A stretch of 64,000 nucleotides of DNA from Candidatus Bathyarchaeum tardum (GCA_024650005.2 CP122380.1:1088001-1152000), one strand, 5' to 3'. Counted from the first letter of the stretch, positions 38,565 through 49,531 are shown. A program made the numbers and translations. Notes: generated by a model not told the origin, from the letters alone.

Positions 38565-39473
38565 GTGACAAAATATGTGGTGACTCTAGGTGTATGTGTA
38601 AAAAATGGTGAATATCATATTAGCAATGCAATAGATGCTATTATGGCACAAGATTTTTCGCATAATTTGATCCAAATCATTTTTGTTGATGACGGTAGTA
38701 CGGATAGAACGCTTTCAATTATTGAGAACTCTGTTTCAAAGTTAGATATGCATGTTAAGATTTTTCATCACTCTTGGAAGGGGTTAGGTTACTCTAGAAA
38801 TGTAGTTTTTGAAAATGCTGATGCTGATTATATCATTTGGGTCGATTGCGATATGGTTCTGTCTCCTACTTTTGTAAGCGAACAGGTTGAATTCATGGAA
38901 CAAAATCATTCTGTAGGTATCGCCAAAGGTAAATATGGTTTATATCCAGACTCTAATTTGGTTGGATTTCTAGAAAACATTGAATTTGTTACGAAAGATT
39001 TGAACATCTCAGAATCTGTTAATGTTTCTCTAGGGACTGGGGGCGCAATTTATCGCGTTAAGTCACTTCAAGAGGTTGGAGGCTTTGATTCAAATATTAG
39101 AGGAGCAGGAGAAGATACTGACGTTGAATATAGGATTAGCAAAGCAGGGTGGTTATTGTTTCGAACCCCTGCTATTTTCTACGAAATGAGACGAAAAACT
39201 TGGAAAGCCCTTTGGGATGAATATTTTAGGTATGGTTATGATGGGAATTATGTCGCGAACAAAAATGGACTGCAAGCATTAACTAGCTTAGACAAAGTGT
39301 TTCCATTAACTGCATTTTTGAACAAAAATTTCCAATCTTTTGTGGCTTACAAATTAACTCACCAAAAAGCCGTATTTTTGTTACCCTTTCATTATTTTTT
39401 TAAGAGAACTGCATGGTGTCTTGGTTTCATTATTCGTCATATAACAAATAACAATGTTGTCAGAAATGTATGA
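38565..39473 (+). CDS. GT2 glycosyltransferase (paralog of the preceding gene)
   Basis: VDDGSTD, VDCD and GED motifs. Start moved to the GTG at 38565 by alignment with the paralog. Confidence 0.9.
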   Translation: MTKYVVTLGVCVKNGEYHISNAIDAIMAQDFSHNLIQIIFVDDGSTDRTLSIIENSVSKLDMHVKIFHHSWKGLGYSRNVVFENADADYIIWVDCDMVLSPTFVSEQVEFMEQNHSVGIAKGKYGLYPDSNLVGFLENIEFVTKDLNISESVNVSLGTGGAIYRVKSLQEVGGFDSNIRGAGEDTDVEYRISKAGWLLFRTPAIFYEMRRKTWKALWDEYFRYGYDGNYVANKNGLQALTSLDKVFPLTAFLNKNFQSFVAYKLTHQKAVFLLPFHYFFKRTAWCLGFIIRHITNNNVVRNV

Positions 39474-39524
39474 TTATCTGTTTTCATAATAATGTTTATT
39501 TGACTTTAATTCACATTCACAGGG

Positions 39525-40589
39525 ATGAAAAACATGAAAGTTGGAATAATAGGTTGTGGAGGCATTTCTCCCGCCCATATGGCAGCATATAAAAATATAG
39601 AAAATGTTGAACTTGTTGCTCTTTGTGACTTAGATGCTCAAAGAGCTAAGACTCTAGCAAAAAAATTCAATGTTAAAAACACGTATACCGACTATTGGGA
39701 AATGTTCAAAAAAGAGGATTTGGACTCTGTTGACATTTGCACTCCCCTAACAACTCATGCAAAAATAGTTTGTGATGCAGCAGAAGCGGTTCCCGCAATT
39801 CTTTTAGAGAAACCGATGGCACTTAATGTTTCTCAATGTAAGGAAATGGTAAAAAAGACCGAAAAAACTGGAACAAAACTTTCTATAGCTCATTGCCAAA
39901 TCTTTTCACCGAATATTAAAAAAGCAAAGTCTATTGCAGACTCCGAACTATTCAATTTACTAACATTCCATACTACTCTTAAAGCAAGCTTTGAAAACCT
40001 AAGAGCACATAATCTTGCCTCTCCATGGAATGTTTTACCTGAGCAAAGAGGAATCATCTGGGAAGTGTGTAGTCACCATGCCTATCTGCAGTTACATTTT
40101 CTGCCTGATATCAAAGAAGTTTATGCTCTTGGTGAAAAGGCTAAATATTCTGTTTATGATGATTTCGCGGTCCTATTGCGCACTTCCGGAAAACGTTATG
40201 GAATGATTGAGATTTCTTGGATTCCTAATGAAACTGAAGTAATTTACGAATTGAAAGATTCCGCTGGGCGAAGAGTAACAATAAATTGGGAATACGATTA
40301 CTTGCTGGAAAAAAATCTATCACCTCCATTAACCGTTGGACTTGTAGCAAAAAATGTATTAGTGGATTTCAAACGATATTTAAAAAAGTGGACACGTTTT
40401 GGGCTTTCATACATTCAAAAAAGAAAAATGTTGCCTATACAAAATGTTGTTAAAGAGTATGTAAACGCCATTCAAAATGATTTACCCGTTCCTGTTACGC
40501 CTCAAGATGGAATGAATACAATCAATCTGTTAGAATGTATTGAAACATCGTTGAATGAAAAACGTTCAGTACATTTTACTAAGAATTAA
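39525..40589 (+). CDS. Gfo/Idh/MocA oxidoreductase
   Basis: GIIGCGGIS, DICTP...H and EKPMA motifs. Confidence 0.9.
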   Translation: MKNMKVGIIGCGGISPAHMAAYKNIENVELVALCDLDAQRAKTLAKKFNVKNTYTDYWEMFKKEDLDSVDICTPLTTHAKIVCDAAEAVPAILLEKPMALNVSQCKEMVKKTEKTGTKLSIAHCQIFSPNIKKAKSIADSELFNLLTFHTTLKASFENLRAHNLASPWNVLPEQRGIIWEVCSHHAYLQLHFLPDIKEVYALGEKAKYSVYDDFAVLLRTSGKRYGMIEISWIPNETEVIYELKDSAGRRVTINWEYDYLLEKNLSPPLTVGLVAKNVLVDFKRYLKKWTRFGLSYIQKRKMLPIQNVVKEYVNAIQNDLPVPVTPQDGMNTINLLECIETSLNEKRSVHFTKN

Positions 40590-40664
40590 AGTATGTGTCA
40601 TAATAGAATTGTTTTCGGTATATTACAAAATTCAGGATACACTATTTCTTTTTGTCTAATTTTA

Positions 40665-41960
40665 TTATTCTATGGTCAGCGGATGAGGATACTGATATGG
40701 CGTATAAGTGAATGAAGAAGGTTCATTAAAATGATAATTTTTCCCTTCAATAATTTGGTTGTATGGGTCATATTTTGTAAACAAATTTGCTCCATTGGTT
40801 AATGTATTGTTCCAAATATACCAGTCGTTACACCAGACAAACGAGGCATCAGGGTTAGCGTTCGCGTCATTTCTCAAATACATAAGAACAGTGTAAGTTC
40901 CACCACCAAAAGTGTTATTAAAAGCAACTCCAGCACCACCTCGAATAGCTGTGCCCCACGGATGCTGAACCGCATTAGTTATTGTGTTGCCATATATTTC
41001 AACTGCTCTTGTTCCAACTTGTGTGATTGTTCCTCTTGACTCTTGATACCATCCATGTGCATCTATTGAACCATAACCATAATCATCTTGAATAGTGGAA
41101 TGTCTAAGAACATAGTGTGCTCCATCGTTTGAACTTACAACATGTCTCCATTTTTCGAAATAGCAATCTTCTATGTATACGCTATATTCCGTGTGTTTTC
41201 CAAGAACTTGAGTAACATCTTCCTCCCAATAATATCCCCAATCCCTACCAACTTGTATAGCATACCCGACCGTGCACTCAGCTATGGCGTCAACAACTAA
41301 ACCATTTGTGTTTACAAAATAATTATGATCAAAAACCCCTGAATTTTTGGCGGTATTGCTGCCAAATGTGTAGACACCACTAGGGGTGTTTTCAAAGTAA
41401 CAGTGATCAATCCTGTAATCTACACAATCAATTATCATTAAAGGACGATTAAGTTGAACCGAACTTGAATCAACACTTCTGTATCCTACTAGCTTTATGT
41501 CACTAAAACGGGACTTCATGTTTCCATTGCCCTCTCCTGTAAGTTTGAACCAAGTAGGAATATTGCTATAACTTCCTGGCATATCCCACGGCAAAACGAG
41601 AATTGTTTTCCAGCTTATGTTTTGCCCGTCTGAATTTCGATTATTTGGAGCACCAAAAATGCTAACACCTTCTGGAACTTCAACTTTTGCTCCTGTCCAG
41701 CTTTCACCTACTTCTACGAAATTCCAAGTTCCTTCTGGAATGTAAACAGAGCCTACTCTACCATTAGCTACAATATAATTTACTGCTGCTTGAATGTCTG
41801 AAGCTGAACCACTTTCAGCCATTATTGTAGGTAATCTAATTTGACCCATGCTTTGTATTGTTATACTGCTTGTTAATGATGAGAATACAGGGTATGTCAG
41901 AAGAGTAATTGAAAGTAAAATAAAAAAGATATTTATTGCGTAAACGTTTTTTCGTTGCAA
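40665..41960 (-). CDS. exported right-handed beta-helix (pectin-lyase-like) protein
   Basis: N-terminal signal/TM; DIQAAVN...VYIPEG cap; repeated DHCYF/DHNYF/EDCYF/YGNTI/FNNTF/WNNTL rungs. Confidence 0.75.
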   Translation of the reverse strand: MQRKNVYAINIFFILLSITLLTYPVFSSLTSSITIQSMGQIRLPTIMAESGSASDIQAAVNYIVANGRVGSVYIPEGTWNFVEVGESWTGAKVEVPEGVSIFGAPNNRNSDGQNISWKTILVLPWDMPGSYSNIPTWFKLTGEGNGNMKSRFSDIKLVGYRSVDSSSVQLNRPLMIIDCVDYRIDHCYFENTPSGVYTFGSNTAKNSGVFDHNYFVNTNGLVVDAIAECTVGYAIQVGRDWGYYWEEDVTQVLGKHTEYSVYIEDCYFEKWRHVVSSNDGAHYVLRHSTIQDDYGYGSIDAHGWYQESRGTITQVGTRAVEIYGNTITNAVQHPWGTAIRGGAGVAFNNTFGGGTYTVLMYLRNDANANPDASFVWCNDWYIWNNTLTNGANLFTKYDPYNQIIEGKNYHFNEPSSFTYTPYQYPHPLTIE

Positions 41961-42390
41961 TGTCTTTTTCTCACCAATTTTGTATTGTGGGCTTCAGATA
42001 AGTATTCTGTTTATTTGCTCTTTAAGAAAAGATATGTTAAAGACTTAATAAATATTCTGTATTACTAAACCATATGCTTGTAATGTTAATACGTTTGAAT
42101 TTTGCTTCATAGACTCTAAATGTAATTAAATATATAACTAGTTTTGAATCATTCTTTATAGTTAATTTATGCATCAATTGTTTTCAATTATAACAGTTTC
42201 ACACACTACAGAGAGTGTCACCCTTTTTTAGATGGAACACATCAATTGTAACTCCATAATTTTTTTATATATGTTCCCTTTTTCTGAACCTAAGTATGCA
42301 CAGGGATAAATTCCTAAAATTACTTTATTCATCATGTTGTGTTCAAAGAAAAAATATTGCAGTCAAATTAAAAAAAGGAAGTAGAACTGT

Positions 42391-43293
42391 TTGAATATGG
42401 TCAGTTTTGTAAAAATTAATAATGATGCTATCGCCTCATATAAGTATGCTATCATTAAATCATTGGATTTAGTTAATTACTCATTTCCACATGAAACAAA
42501 AAACATTGTAATTAAGCCTAATATGTGCTATTATTGGGATTACACTACAGGAGAAACGACGGACCCTCAATTTGTGGGTGCTTTGATTGAAGTTCTCCGA
42601 GAAAATATATCTCCTAACGTAAACATTTCTATAGTTGAATCGGATGCTTCAGCAATGAAGTGCAAACATGCTTTCAAAATACTTGGATATGAAAAAATGT
42701 CTCACGAGTATGATGTCAAACTTGTGAATCTCTCTGAGGATCCAACAGAAACAGTTGAAACTTGTGCTGGCGGATATAACTTTAAATTTCAAATTCCACA
42801 AACAATTCAAAACGCAGACTTGAAAATTAATGTACCAAAGATCAAGTATAGTGTTCCACAGCTCCAGATAACCTGTGCTCTGAAGAACATTTTTGGATGT
42901 AACCCATTTCCAAAAAAGTTCAAGTATCACCCACAAATCTGGGAAGTAATTGTTGCTCTCAATAAGCTATACAATTTTAACCTTTGCCTAATCGATGGAA
43001 ATATTGTTTCGGGAATCAAACCCCGCAAAATAAGTTTAGTAATGGCCAGCCGAGACCCCGTGGCAATTGATGCTGCTGCTTCTAAAATAATGGGTATTAA
43101 CCCAACAAAAGTAAAGTATGTCCAACTTGCGGCAAAAGAAGGATTAGGATCAATAGATTTTATCAATAAAGGCGTCCCCCTAGAAAATTTCAAGGCAATA
43201 TATCCTCGGAAAGGAATAAAAAACAAGTTAACGCGACAAGCCTATGAACTAGTTGTTACAATGGGTTTGAATAAAAAATTAGGATTACCCTAA
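42391..43293 (+). CDS. DUF362-family protein
   Basis: IKPN, TDP, INVPKIK, TCALKNIFG and DPVAID motifs. Confidence 0.85.
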   Translation: MNMVSFVKINNDAIASYKYAIIKSLDLVNYSFPHETKNIVIKPNMCYYWDYTTGETTDPQFVGALIEVLRENISPNVNISIVESDASAMKCKHAFKILGYEKMSHEYDVKLVNLSEDPTETVETCAGGYNFKFQIPQTIQNADLKINVPKIKYSVPQLQITCALKNIFGCNPFPKKFKYHPQIWEVIVALNKLYNFNLCLIDGNIVSGIKPRKISLVMASRDPVAIDAAASKIMGINPTKVKYVQLAAKEGLGSIDFINKGVPLENFKAIYPRKGIKNKLTRQAYELVVTMGLNKKLGLP

Positions 43294-43313
43294 TTTTCAC
43301 GGGGTGTTGAAAA

Positions 43314-44300
43314 ATGCAAAAAATTGGCTTGGGAATAATTGGTCTTGGATATATTGGTAAACTCCATATGAAACATGCACTCAAAATCCCTAATGCAAAG
43401 CTTGTAGCTGTATCTGATTTGTCAAAAAGAGCTTTGAAAGATGCAAAAAATATTGGGGTTAAAAAAGTTCTCAGTGACTATGAAAAACTTTTGAAGCAAC
43501 CCGATGTGGACGCCGTAGCAATTGCATTGCCTACACATCTTCATTTGGATTGTGCAATAAAAGCTGCTGAAGCGGGTAAACATATATTTCTAGAAAAACC
43601 AATGGCCATAAACCTTAAGGATGCAAAAGAAATAGTAAATGCAGCTCGTAAGAATACAGTAGAACTGATGATGGGCTATCCATTACGGTTTAACAAAGTC
43701 TTTAATGAACTCAAAATAAAAAAGGACAACGGGCTCTTAGGTGACATTGAAGTTGCACATGCAACGTTCATAAGTTCAGGTCCATTTTTCCACAGAACAG
43801 AAAGTCATACACCTGTCCCGGTTCCGAACTGGTGGTTTAACCGAGAACTCACAGGGGGCGGAGTATTAATTGACCTTGGTAGTCATATCATAAACTTGCT
43901 CCGGTGGTATTTTGGCGAAATCAACAGCATAAAAAGTCAATTAGGTTATCGGTTTAACCTTGACCTTGAAGATAGTGCAGTATGTGTTGCAAAATTTGAC
44001 TCTGGGACAACTGGAGTTATTACAACGGGCTGGTTCCTCCAAGGCTATGAGCTTAACCTTGATTTTTTTGGCACCGTAGATCATGGAGTCGCAAATTACA
44101 AACCTGGAAATCGTTTGGTGGCAGCCACTCAGCTGTTAACAACTGGAATATCAGATTTTCATCGACCGCACTATGATGAACTTAACTACTTTGTGCATTG
44201 TTTGATGAATGGGTATTCTCCTTTACCTTCAGGGGAAGATGGAGTTAAAGATATGGAAGCAATCTGTAAAGCATATCAAAATAGTATTAATTTAGATTAA
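43314..44300 (+). CDS. Gfo/Idh/MocA oxidoreductase
   Basis: GIIGLGYIG, GKHIFLEKPMA and GGGVLIDLGSH motifs. Confidence 0.92.
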   Translation: MQKIGLGIIGLGYIGKLHMKHALKIPNAKLVAVSDLSKRALKDAKNIGVKKVLSDYEKLLKQPDVDAVAIALPTHLHLDCAIKAAEAGKHIFLEKPMAINLKDAKEIVNAARKNTVELMMGYPLRFNKVFNELKIKKDNGLLGDIEVAHATFISSGPFFHRTESHTPVPVPNWWFNRELTGGGVLIDLGSHIINLLRWYFGEINSIKSQLGYRFNLDLEDSAVCVAKFDSGTTGVITTGWFLQGYELNLDFFGTVDHGVANYKPGNRLVAATQLLTTGISDFHRPHYDELNYFVHCLMNGYSPLPSGEDGVKDMEAICKAYQNSINLD

Positions 44301-44347
44301 AATTGATAACTTTTCTGTTCAATCAAAATGACCATTAGTGATGTATA

Positions 44348-46477
44348 ATGACTACTCTAAATGTTTCTAAATTTACCTCCAAAATTTTACTACTTTCTAT
44401 TCTAATGTTATTTGTAGTTTTTTGTGTTACAATAATTTTTGATTTCGCTATATTGAGAGAAGTGTTTGGTTTTCTGTATCTTACTTTCATTCCGGGGTTT
44501 ATTTTTCTCAATTTATTGAATGTGAACAAGTTCAAAAGATCAGAAATATTATTCTTATCAATTGGTCTTAGCGTCGCTTTTCTAATGATTTGTGGACTTT
44601 TGATAAATGAAATACTTCCGATATTTAAATTTTCACAACCACTTTCTTTATTCCCTTTACTGATTTTCTTGAACATTCCCGTTTTAATTGGATGTGTTTT
44701 ACTATACATAAAAAACAAAAATTTACAAATCTGGGAAAATGATTCCTTTAAATTTTCTGCAGCAAGTTTAATTTTCCTTTTTCTTCCAATAATAAGCATA
44801 ATTGGGACCAAATTTGTAAATGTTAATGGTAACAATTTGTTTCTACTTTTTTTGATAATTTTAATCGCAATCTTAGTAGTTCTGAGTGTTTTTTCTCAAA
44901 AATTATTGCCTTCGGATTTATACCCTTTTGCATTGTTAATGATTGGAATTTCCCTTCTTTTTCATTCCTCATTAATTTCTAGTTACATAGTTCCGTTCGG
45001 TTCCGATATTCCTGGTGAATTTCTGCTCTTTCAAAACACTTTAAACGATTTTCAGTGGAACCAACTTTTTTCTCCCTCAATGGGTTACACCTTGCTTAAC
45101 ACTTATAACAATATGTTAAGTATTACAATCCTTCCAACAGTTTATTCAACATTATTAAATATTGATAGTTTTTTGATGTTCAAAGTTTTATATCCTTTGA
45201 TTTTTTCTTTGATACCTTTAGTTTTATATCAGGTCTGGCAATATTTCATCGATAAAAAATATGCTTTTATTGCTGCATTTTTCTTTATGGCCCAAAATAC
45301 TTTTTATACCGAAATGTTAGGTCTTTCTCGGCAAATTATTGCTGAATTATTTTTTGTTTTGTTATTATTCATTATTCTCCATAAAAACATAAAACCAATT
45401 ACAAAAATGATTTGTTTTGTAGTCTTTAGTTTTGGTTTGGTAACAGCTCATTATTCACTTGCTCTAATATTCCTATTTTTTATATCTGCAACTTTAGTGT
45501 TTTATATTATTACAAAACGTCCAACTATGAAAATTTCAATCACTATGGTTTTGATATTTTTTGTAATTATGTTTACGTGGTATATTTACACTTCTGGCTC
45601 CGCCAGTTTTATCACACTTATGGAAAAAGGTGAATTTGTTGTAAGTATGTTAGGTGATTTTTTCAACCCTGCATCTCGAGGAGACACTGTACTTACTGGT
45701 TTGGGTCTTGCTGAATCACCTTCTATCTTTAATACTATTAGTCGTATTATTGCATATGTTCTGCAAGGTTTCATTATTGTTGGATTCCTTGGTTTAGTTA
45801 CCAATTTGAAGAAAATTAGAACTGAATTTTTTGTCTTTGGTATAATTGCAACGCTGTTTCTAGGTATGCTTATAATAATACCTGGATTGGCAAATACCTT
45901 AAATATGACCAGATTTTATCATATTCTCTTGTTCTTTTTAGCACCTTTATGTATCCTTGGTGCACGCTTGATTGTTAAGTTGATTACTAAACGTCAAAAA
46001 GAATTTGCTGTTTGTGCTTTGTTGCTATTCGTGTTAGTTCCATACTTCTTTTTTCAAACAAATTTTGTCTATGAAATAACTGGGAATGATAGTTGGTCAA
46101 TACCTCTCAGTGGTTATAGGATGGACCCACTTAGATTGTATGGGCATTCTGGATATACCGATGAGTATAGTGTGCATGGAGTTAGATGGTTATCAAAAAA
46201 TGTTAATTTTACGACTTCAGTCGTGTATGCGGATGACCGAACAGGTACTAATGTTTTAACGATTCATGGCTTAATTGCAACAGGTAAAGTTGCATTATCT
46301 AATGTTACTGTGGTTGCTGATAATGGGTTCGTCTATCTGAGTAGTTTAAATGTTATATACGGTTTAATACCATATAGAGATGTTTCATGGAATACTACTG
46401 AACTTTCTCCAGTTTTTGAAGGTTTAAACCTAGTGTATTCAAATGGTGGCAGTAAAATTTACGTAAATACTCCATAA
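44348..46477 (+). CDS. DUF2206-like multi-TM protein (GT-C/polymerase-like)
   Basis: 709 aa with many TM segments; GSD..GE, MLSITILP, RQIIAELFF, HYS and VYSNG...IY motifs. Confidence 0.78.
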   Translation: MTTLNVSKFTSKILLLSILMLFVVFCVTIIFDFAILREVFGFLYLTFIPGFIFLNLLNVNKFKRSEILFLSIGLSVAFLMICGLLINEILPIFKFSQPLSLFPLLIFLNIPVLIGCVLLYIKNKNLQIWENDSFKFSAASLIFLFLPIISIIGTKFVNVNGNNLFLLFLIILIAILVVLSVFSQKLLPSDLYPFALLMIGISLLFHSSLISSYIVPFGSDIPGEFLLFQNTLNDFQWNQLFSPSMGYTLLNTYNNMLSITILPTVYSTLLNIDSFLMFKVLYPLIFSLIPLVLYQVWQYFIDKKYAFIAAFFFMAQNTFYTEMLGLSRQIIAELFFVLLLFIILHKNIKPITKMICFVVFSFGLVTAHYSLALIFLFFISATLVFYIITKRPTMKISITMVLIFFVIMFTWYIYTSGSASFITLMEKGEFVVSMLGDFFNPASRGDTVLTGLGLAESPSIFNTISRIIAYVLQGFIIVGFLGLVTNLKKIRTEFFVFGIIATLFLGMLIIIPGLANTLNMTRFYHILLFFLAPLCILGARLIVKLITKRQKEFAVCALLLFVLVPYFFFQTNFVYEITGNDSWSIPLSGYRMDPLRLYGHSGYTDEYSVHGVRWLSKNVNFTTSVVYADDRTGTNVLTIHGLIATGKVALSNVTVVADNGFVYLSSLNVIYGLIPYRDVSWNTTELSPVFEGLNLVYSNGGSKIYVNTP

Positions 46478-46542
46478 GTGTGATAATTTTTCTAAAAATT
46501 ATTTCCTCATTTTATTATGTCTTACTTTAAAAACCTTGTATT

Positions 46543-47442
46543 TTGGTGGGATTATTAATTCTGCAAAAAAACTATAGTATCACTATTGGTATTCCTACAA
46601 AAAACAGAACTGATAAGCTGGTTAATTGTTTAAGGGCTATAGAAAATCAAAACTTTAGAGATTTCAACGTAATTATTGTTGATGGTAGTGAAGGGAACGA
46701 AACTGAGAAAAGTAGCTTATTTTTTTCAAATTCTATTGATATTTTGTATATCAAACAGATAAAATCGGGGGTTTCGAACGCAAGAGGACTTATAGCTGAA
46801 CATTGTAATAGTGAACTACTTTTGTATATTGACGATGACGTTTATTTAAATAATGATTCCCTTTCAAAACTATATGATTATTCAAGATCATTGAAAAACA
46901 GTCACATTTTTTTAGTATCTGGTGAAATTCTATATTATAGAAAAATAACAAAACCAATTAAATTAACACCTCAGGGCGCTGGATTTTCAACTACTGCTTC
47001 TAATGCAGATTATATACTTGGAGCCCTCATGCTTATTCCAAAATCAGTATACAAAAAAATACACTGGACTGAAAGATTTGCTGGTTGGGGCTTTGAAGAG
47101 GTTCTATATTGTTTAATGTGCAAAAGATATGGCGTTAAAATCTGTTGGATTAATTCTTTATTGGCGGTACATGATGATAAGAAAGATACAATTTTTTCGG
47201 TGAATACTGAAATCAACAGAGTTTATACTATGCTTTATAAGCATATTTTTGAAGAACCTTCATTACTTAACATGGTAATTCTTGAATCTGCTGGATTTTT
47301 GAGGAATCTAATTATTAATTCAATGAGCAATTTATTATCTCCAAAAAAGCTAACATCATTCATTTTTTCTTATGTTCGTGCATGGACTATTGGTCATGTT
47401 ATGTTTTTTGAAGATTTAAATAGATTGAAATATTTTTTTTAA
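46543..47442 (+). CDS. GT2 glycosyltransferase
   Basis: IPTKNR, VDGS, IDDD and GWGFEE motifs. Confidence 0.87.
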   Translation: MVGLLILQKNYSITIGIPTKNRTDKLVNCLRAIENQNFRDFNVIIVDGSEGNETEKSSLFFSNSIDILYIKQIKSGVSNARGLIAEHCNSELLLYIDDDVYLNNDSLSKLYDYSRSLKNSHIFLVSGEILYYRKITKPIKLTPQGAGFSTTASNADYILGALMLIPKSVYKKIHWTERFAGWGFEEVLYCLMCKRYGVKICWINSLLAVHDDKKDTIFSVNTEINRVYTMLYKHIFEEPSLLNMVILESAGFLRNLIINSMSNLLSPKKLTSFIFSYVRAWTIGHVMFFEDLNRLKYFF

Positions 47443-47540
47443 AAAAATTGTCTAATTTATGGATGTTACGTTCTTTTTTAATCTTTCATTGTTATATGCT
47501 ATTTTTGATTTGTTCTTAAACCTGTAGATGGTGATTAGTT

Positions 47541-48446
47541 TTGTCTAAATCTCGTAAATTGAAAATACCCTTTGTTTCTGTTGTCGTTTGTACCTATAAT
47601 CGAAAAAATTTGTTGAAATCTTGTCTAAAATCAATTTATGCACAAGATTATCCTACTTCAAATTTTGAGGTCGTTGTTGTCGATGGGGGTTCAACTGACG
47701 GAACAATTGAACTTTGTAAAGAGTTTCATCAATTACGTTTTGTTATTGAAAGTAAATTTGGATTAGCATATGCTAGAAATAAGGGTACAGAACTGGCTAG
47801 AGGGTCAATAATTGCTTATACTGATGATGATTGTGTAGTCGATAAAGGATGGCTAAAAAATCTTGTCTCTGGATTTAAGTTTTCTGAAAAAGTTATGGGT
47901 GTTGGTGGACCTGTTTATCCAGTTAGCCCGGAATTTATACCTAAGAAAATTTATGTAAAGGCTGCTTTGGGGCTCTTTGAGGAGGGAAAAAAACCAAAAT
48001 GTGTAAGTGGTTTAATTACCTCCAATTCCGCCTTTAAAAAAGAACTATTTTCAATTATTAACTTTAATGAAACACTTAGAATAACTAGACGTGGGAACCT
48101 TATTTTATCAGGAGAAGATACTGTTTTTTCACGTAACATTGTTGATATTGGCTATAAACTCAGATATAATCCTGATGCAAAGGTTTATCATCATGTCAGC
48201 AATGAAAGAGTAAGAGTTTATTATATTTTGAAACATGCTCTTCATAGTGGAATAAGCAAGACTAAGATTTATCTTAATATAAAACACTCTAGGCTTTGGG
48301 CAATCAGGTATGCCGTTGGTCAATTAATGCAAAGCTTTCTTATTTTGCCCTCTGATAGATCATTCACTTCCTGTTACAATATATTACTTTATATTTCAAC
48401 ATTTTGTATCTGTTTTACAGGATTTGACAAATTATTATTCAAATAA
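47541..48446 (+). CDS. GT2 glycosyltransferase
   Basis: VCTYNR, VDGGSTD, TDDD and SGED motifs. Confidence 0.9.
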   Translation: MSKSRKLKIPFVSVVVCTYNRKNLLKSCLKSIYAQDYPTSNFEVVVVDGGSTDGTIELCKEFHQLRFVIESKFGLAYARNKGTELARGSIIAYTDDDCVVDKGWLKNLVSGFKFSEKVMGVGGPVYPVSPEFIPKKIYVKAALGLFEEGKKPKCVSGLITSNSAFKKELFSIINFNETLRITRRGNLILSGEDTVFSRNIVDIGYKLRYNPDAKVYHHVSNERVRVYYILKHALHSGISKTKIYLNIKHSRLWAIRYAVGQLMQSFLILPSDRSFTSCYNILLYISTFCICFTGFDKLLFK

Positions 48447-48496
48447 TTGGTTTAGTTTTTATTTTTTTTTTAAAAAAAATACGGAAGGAAAACTCC

Positions 48497-49531
48497 ATGG
48501 ACTCCTTAGAAGAAACCCTCATTAAGTATCGAGATAGAAGATTTATTGTGATTGAACCGGGTGGCAACCACGGTGACACCTTGATATATAAGGGTATGAT
48601 GAAGAAACTTCTGCAGCTTCAGATAAAACATATGGTGTTGAAATATGATGAACGTTTCAAATCACGTCTTTTTAATATTCTATATTTTGTTTTTTGGAAA
48701 AATTTTTTAAAAATTTTAATTTATTCAACTACCAAATTAAGCGAAACTTGTAGTTTAAAAATTAACGGACTAGATTTGTGGTTGTATGAAAATCTTTTAG
48801 TACCTTTTAAAATTCAAGCCGCACCTACTGACGTGATCCTTATACATGGTGGTGGAAACATCAATGATTTGTGGCAAGGTGTTCGACTTCTGAAATCTGT
48901 TCTTAAGTATAATCCCTGTAACATCATAATTGTTGCACCCCAAACATATTGGTTTAATAAAACCTGTTTTTCATCTCTTTTTTCAAAAACAAAAGAAGAT
49001 ATTTTTTTATTCTGCAGGGAAAAATTTAGCTATAAACTATTATCTTCGTTAAAACTTACAAAAAATGTTCATGTGTTTTTATCAAATGACACTGCTTTTT
49101 ATCTTACAAAAGAAGATTTCAATATATTTCAAGAGGATAATTACTCTTTAATCTGTTTAAGAACTGATAAAGAATCTAGAGGAATTCCAGAGATCGAAAC
49201 TTCGAAAAGATTATTAAAAGAAACAAGTCTGGCACAAGTGTCAAAAAATAAACTTTTAATAAAAGACTTATCGGTGATTGGTAACTTCAACGATTTCATT
49301 CGGTTAATTGGAACTTCAAAACAAGTATATACTGACCGTCTTCATGTTGCGATATTAGCAACTATTCTTGGTAAAGAGACTTTTTTATATCCAAATTCTT
49401 ATTACAAAAACAAGGGTGTTTATGAATACAGTTTATCTCGCTATCCTAATGTAACTTTTTTCCCCTTATTGCCTTCTTTTGATGAATTAAAAAACCATGT
49501 TGAGTTAACGAACCGGTTGGAGAATGATTAG
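48497..49531 (+). CDS. polysaccharide pyruvyl transferase family protein
   Basis: GNHGDTLI, HGGGNINDLW, PQT, REKFS and TDRLH motifs. Confidence 0.85.
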   Translation: MDSLEETLIKYRDRRFIVIEPGGNHGDTLIYKGMMKKLLQLQIKHMVLKYDERFKSRLFNILYFVFWKNFLKILIYSTTKLSETCSLKINGLDLWLYENLLVPFKIQAAPTDVILIHGGGNINDLWQGVRLLKSVLKYNPCNIIIVAPQTYWFNKTCFSSLFSKTKEDIFLFCREKFSYKLLSSLKLTKNVHVFLSNDTAFYLTKEDFNIFQEDNYSLICLRTDKESRGIPEIETSKRLLKETSLAQVSKNKLLIKDLSVIGNFNDFIRLIGTSKQVYTDRLHVAILATILGKETFLYPNSYYKNKGVYEYSLSRYPNVTFFPLLPSFDELKNHVELTNRLEND

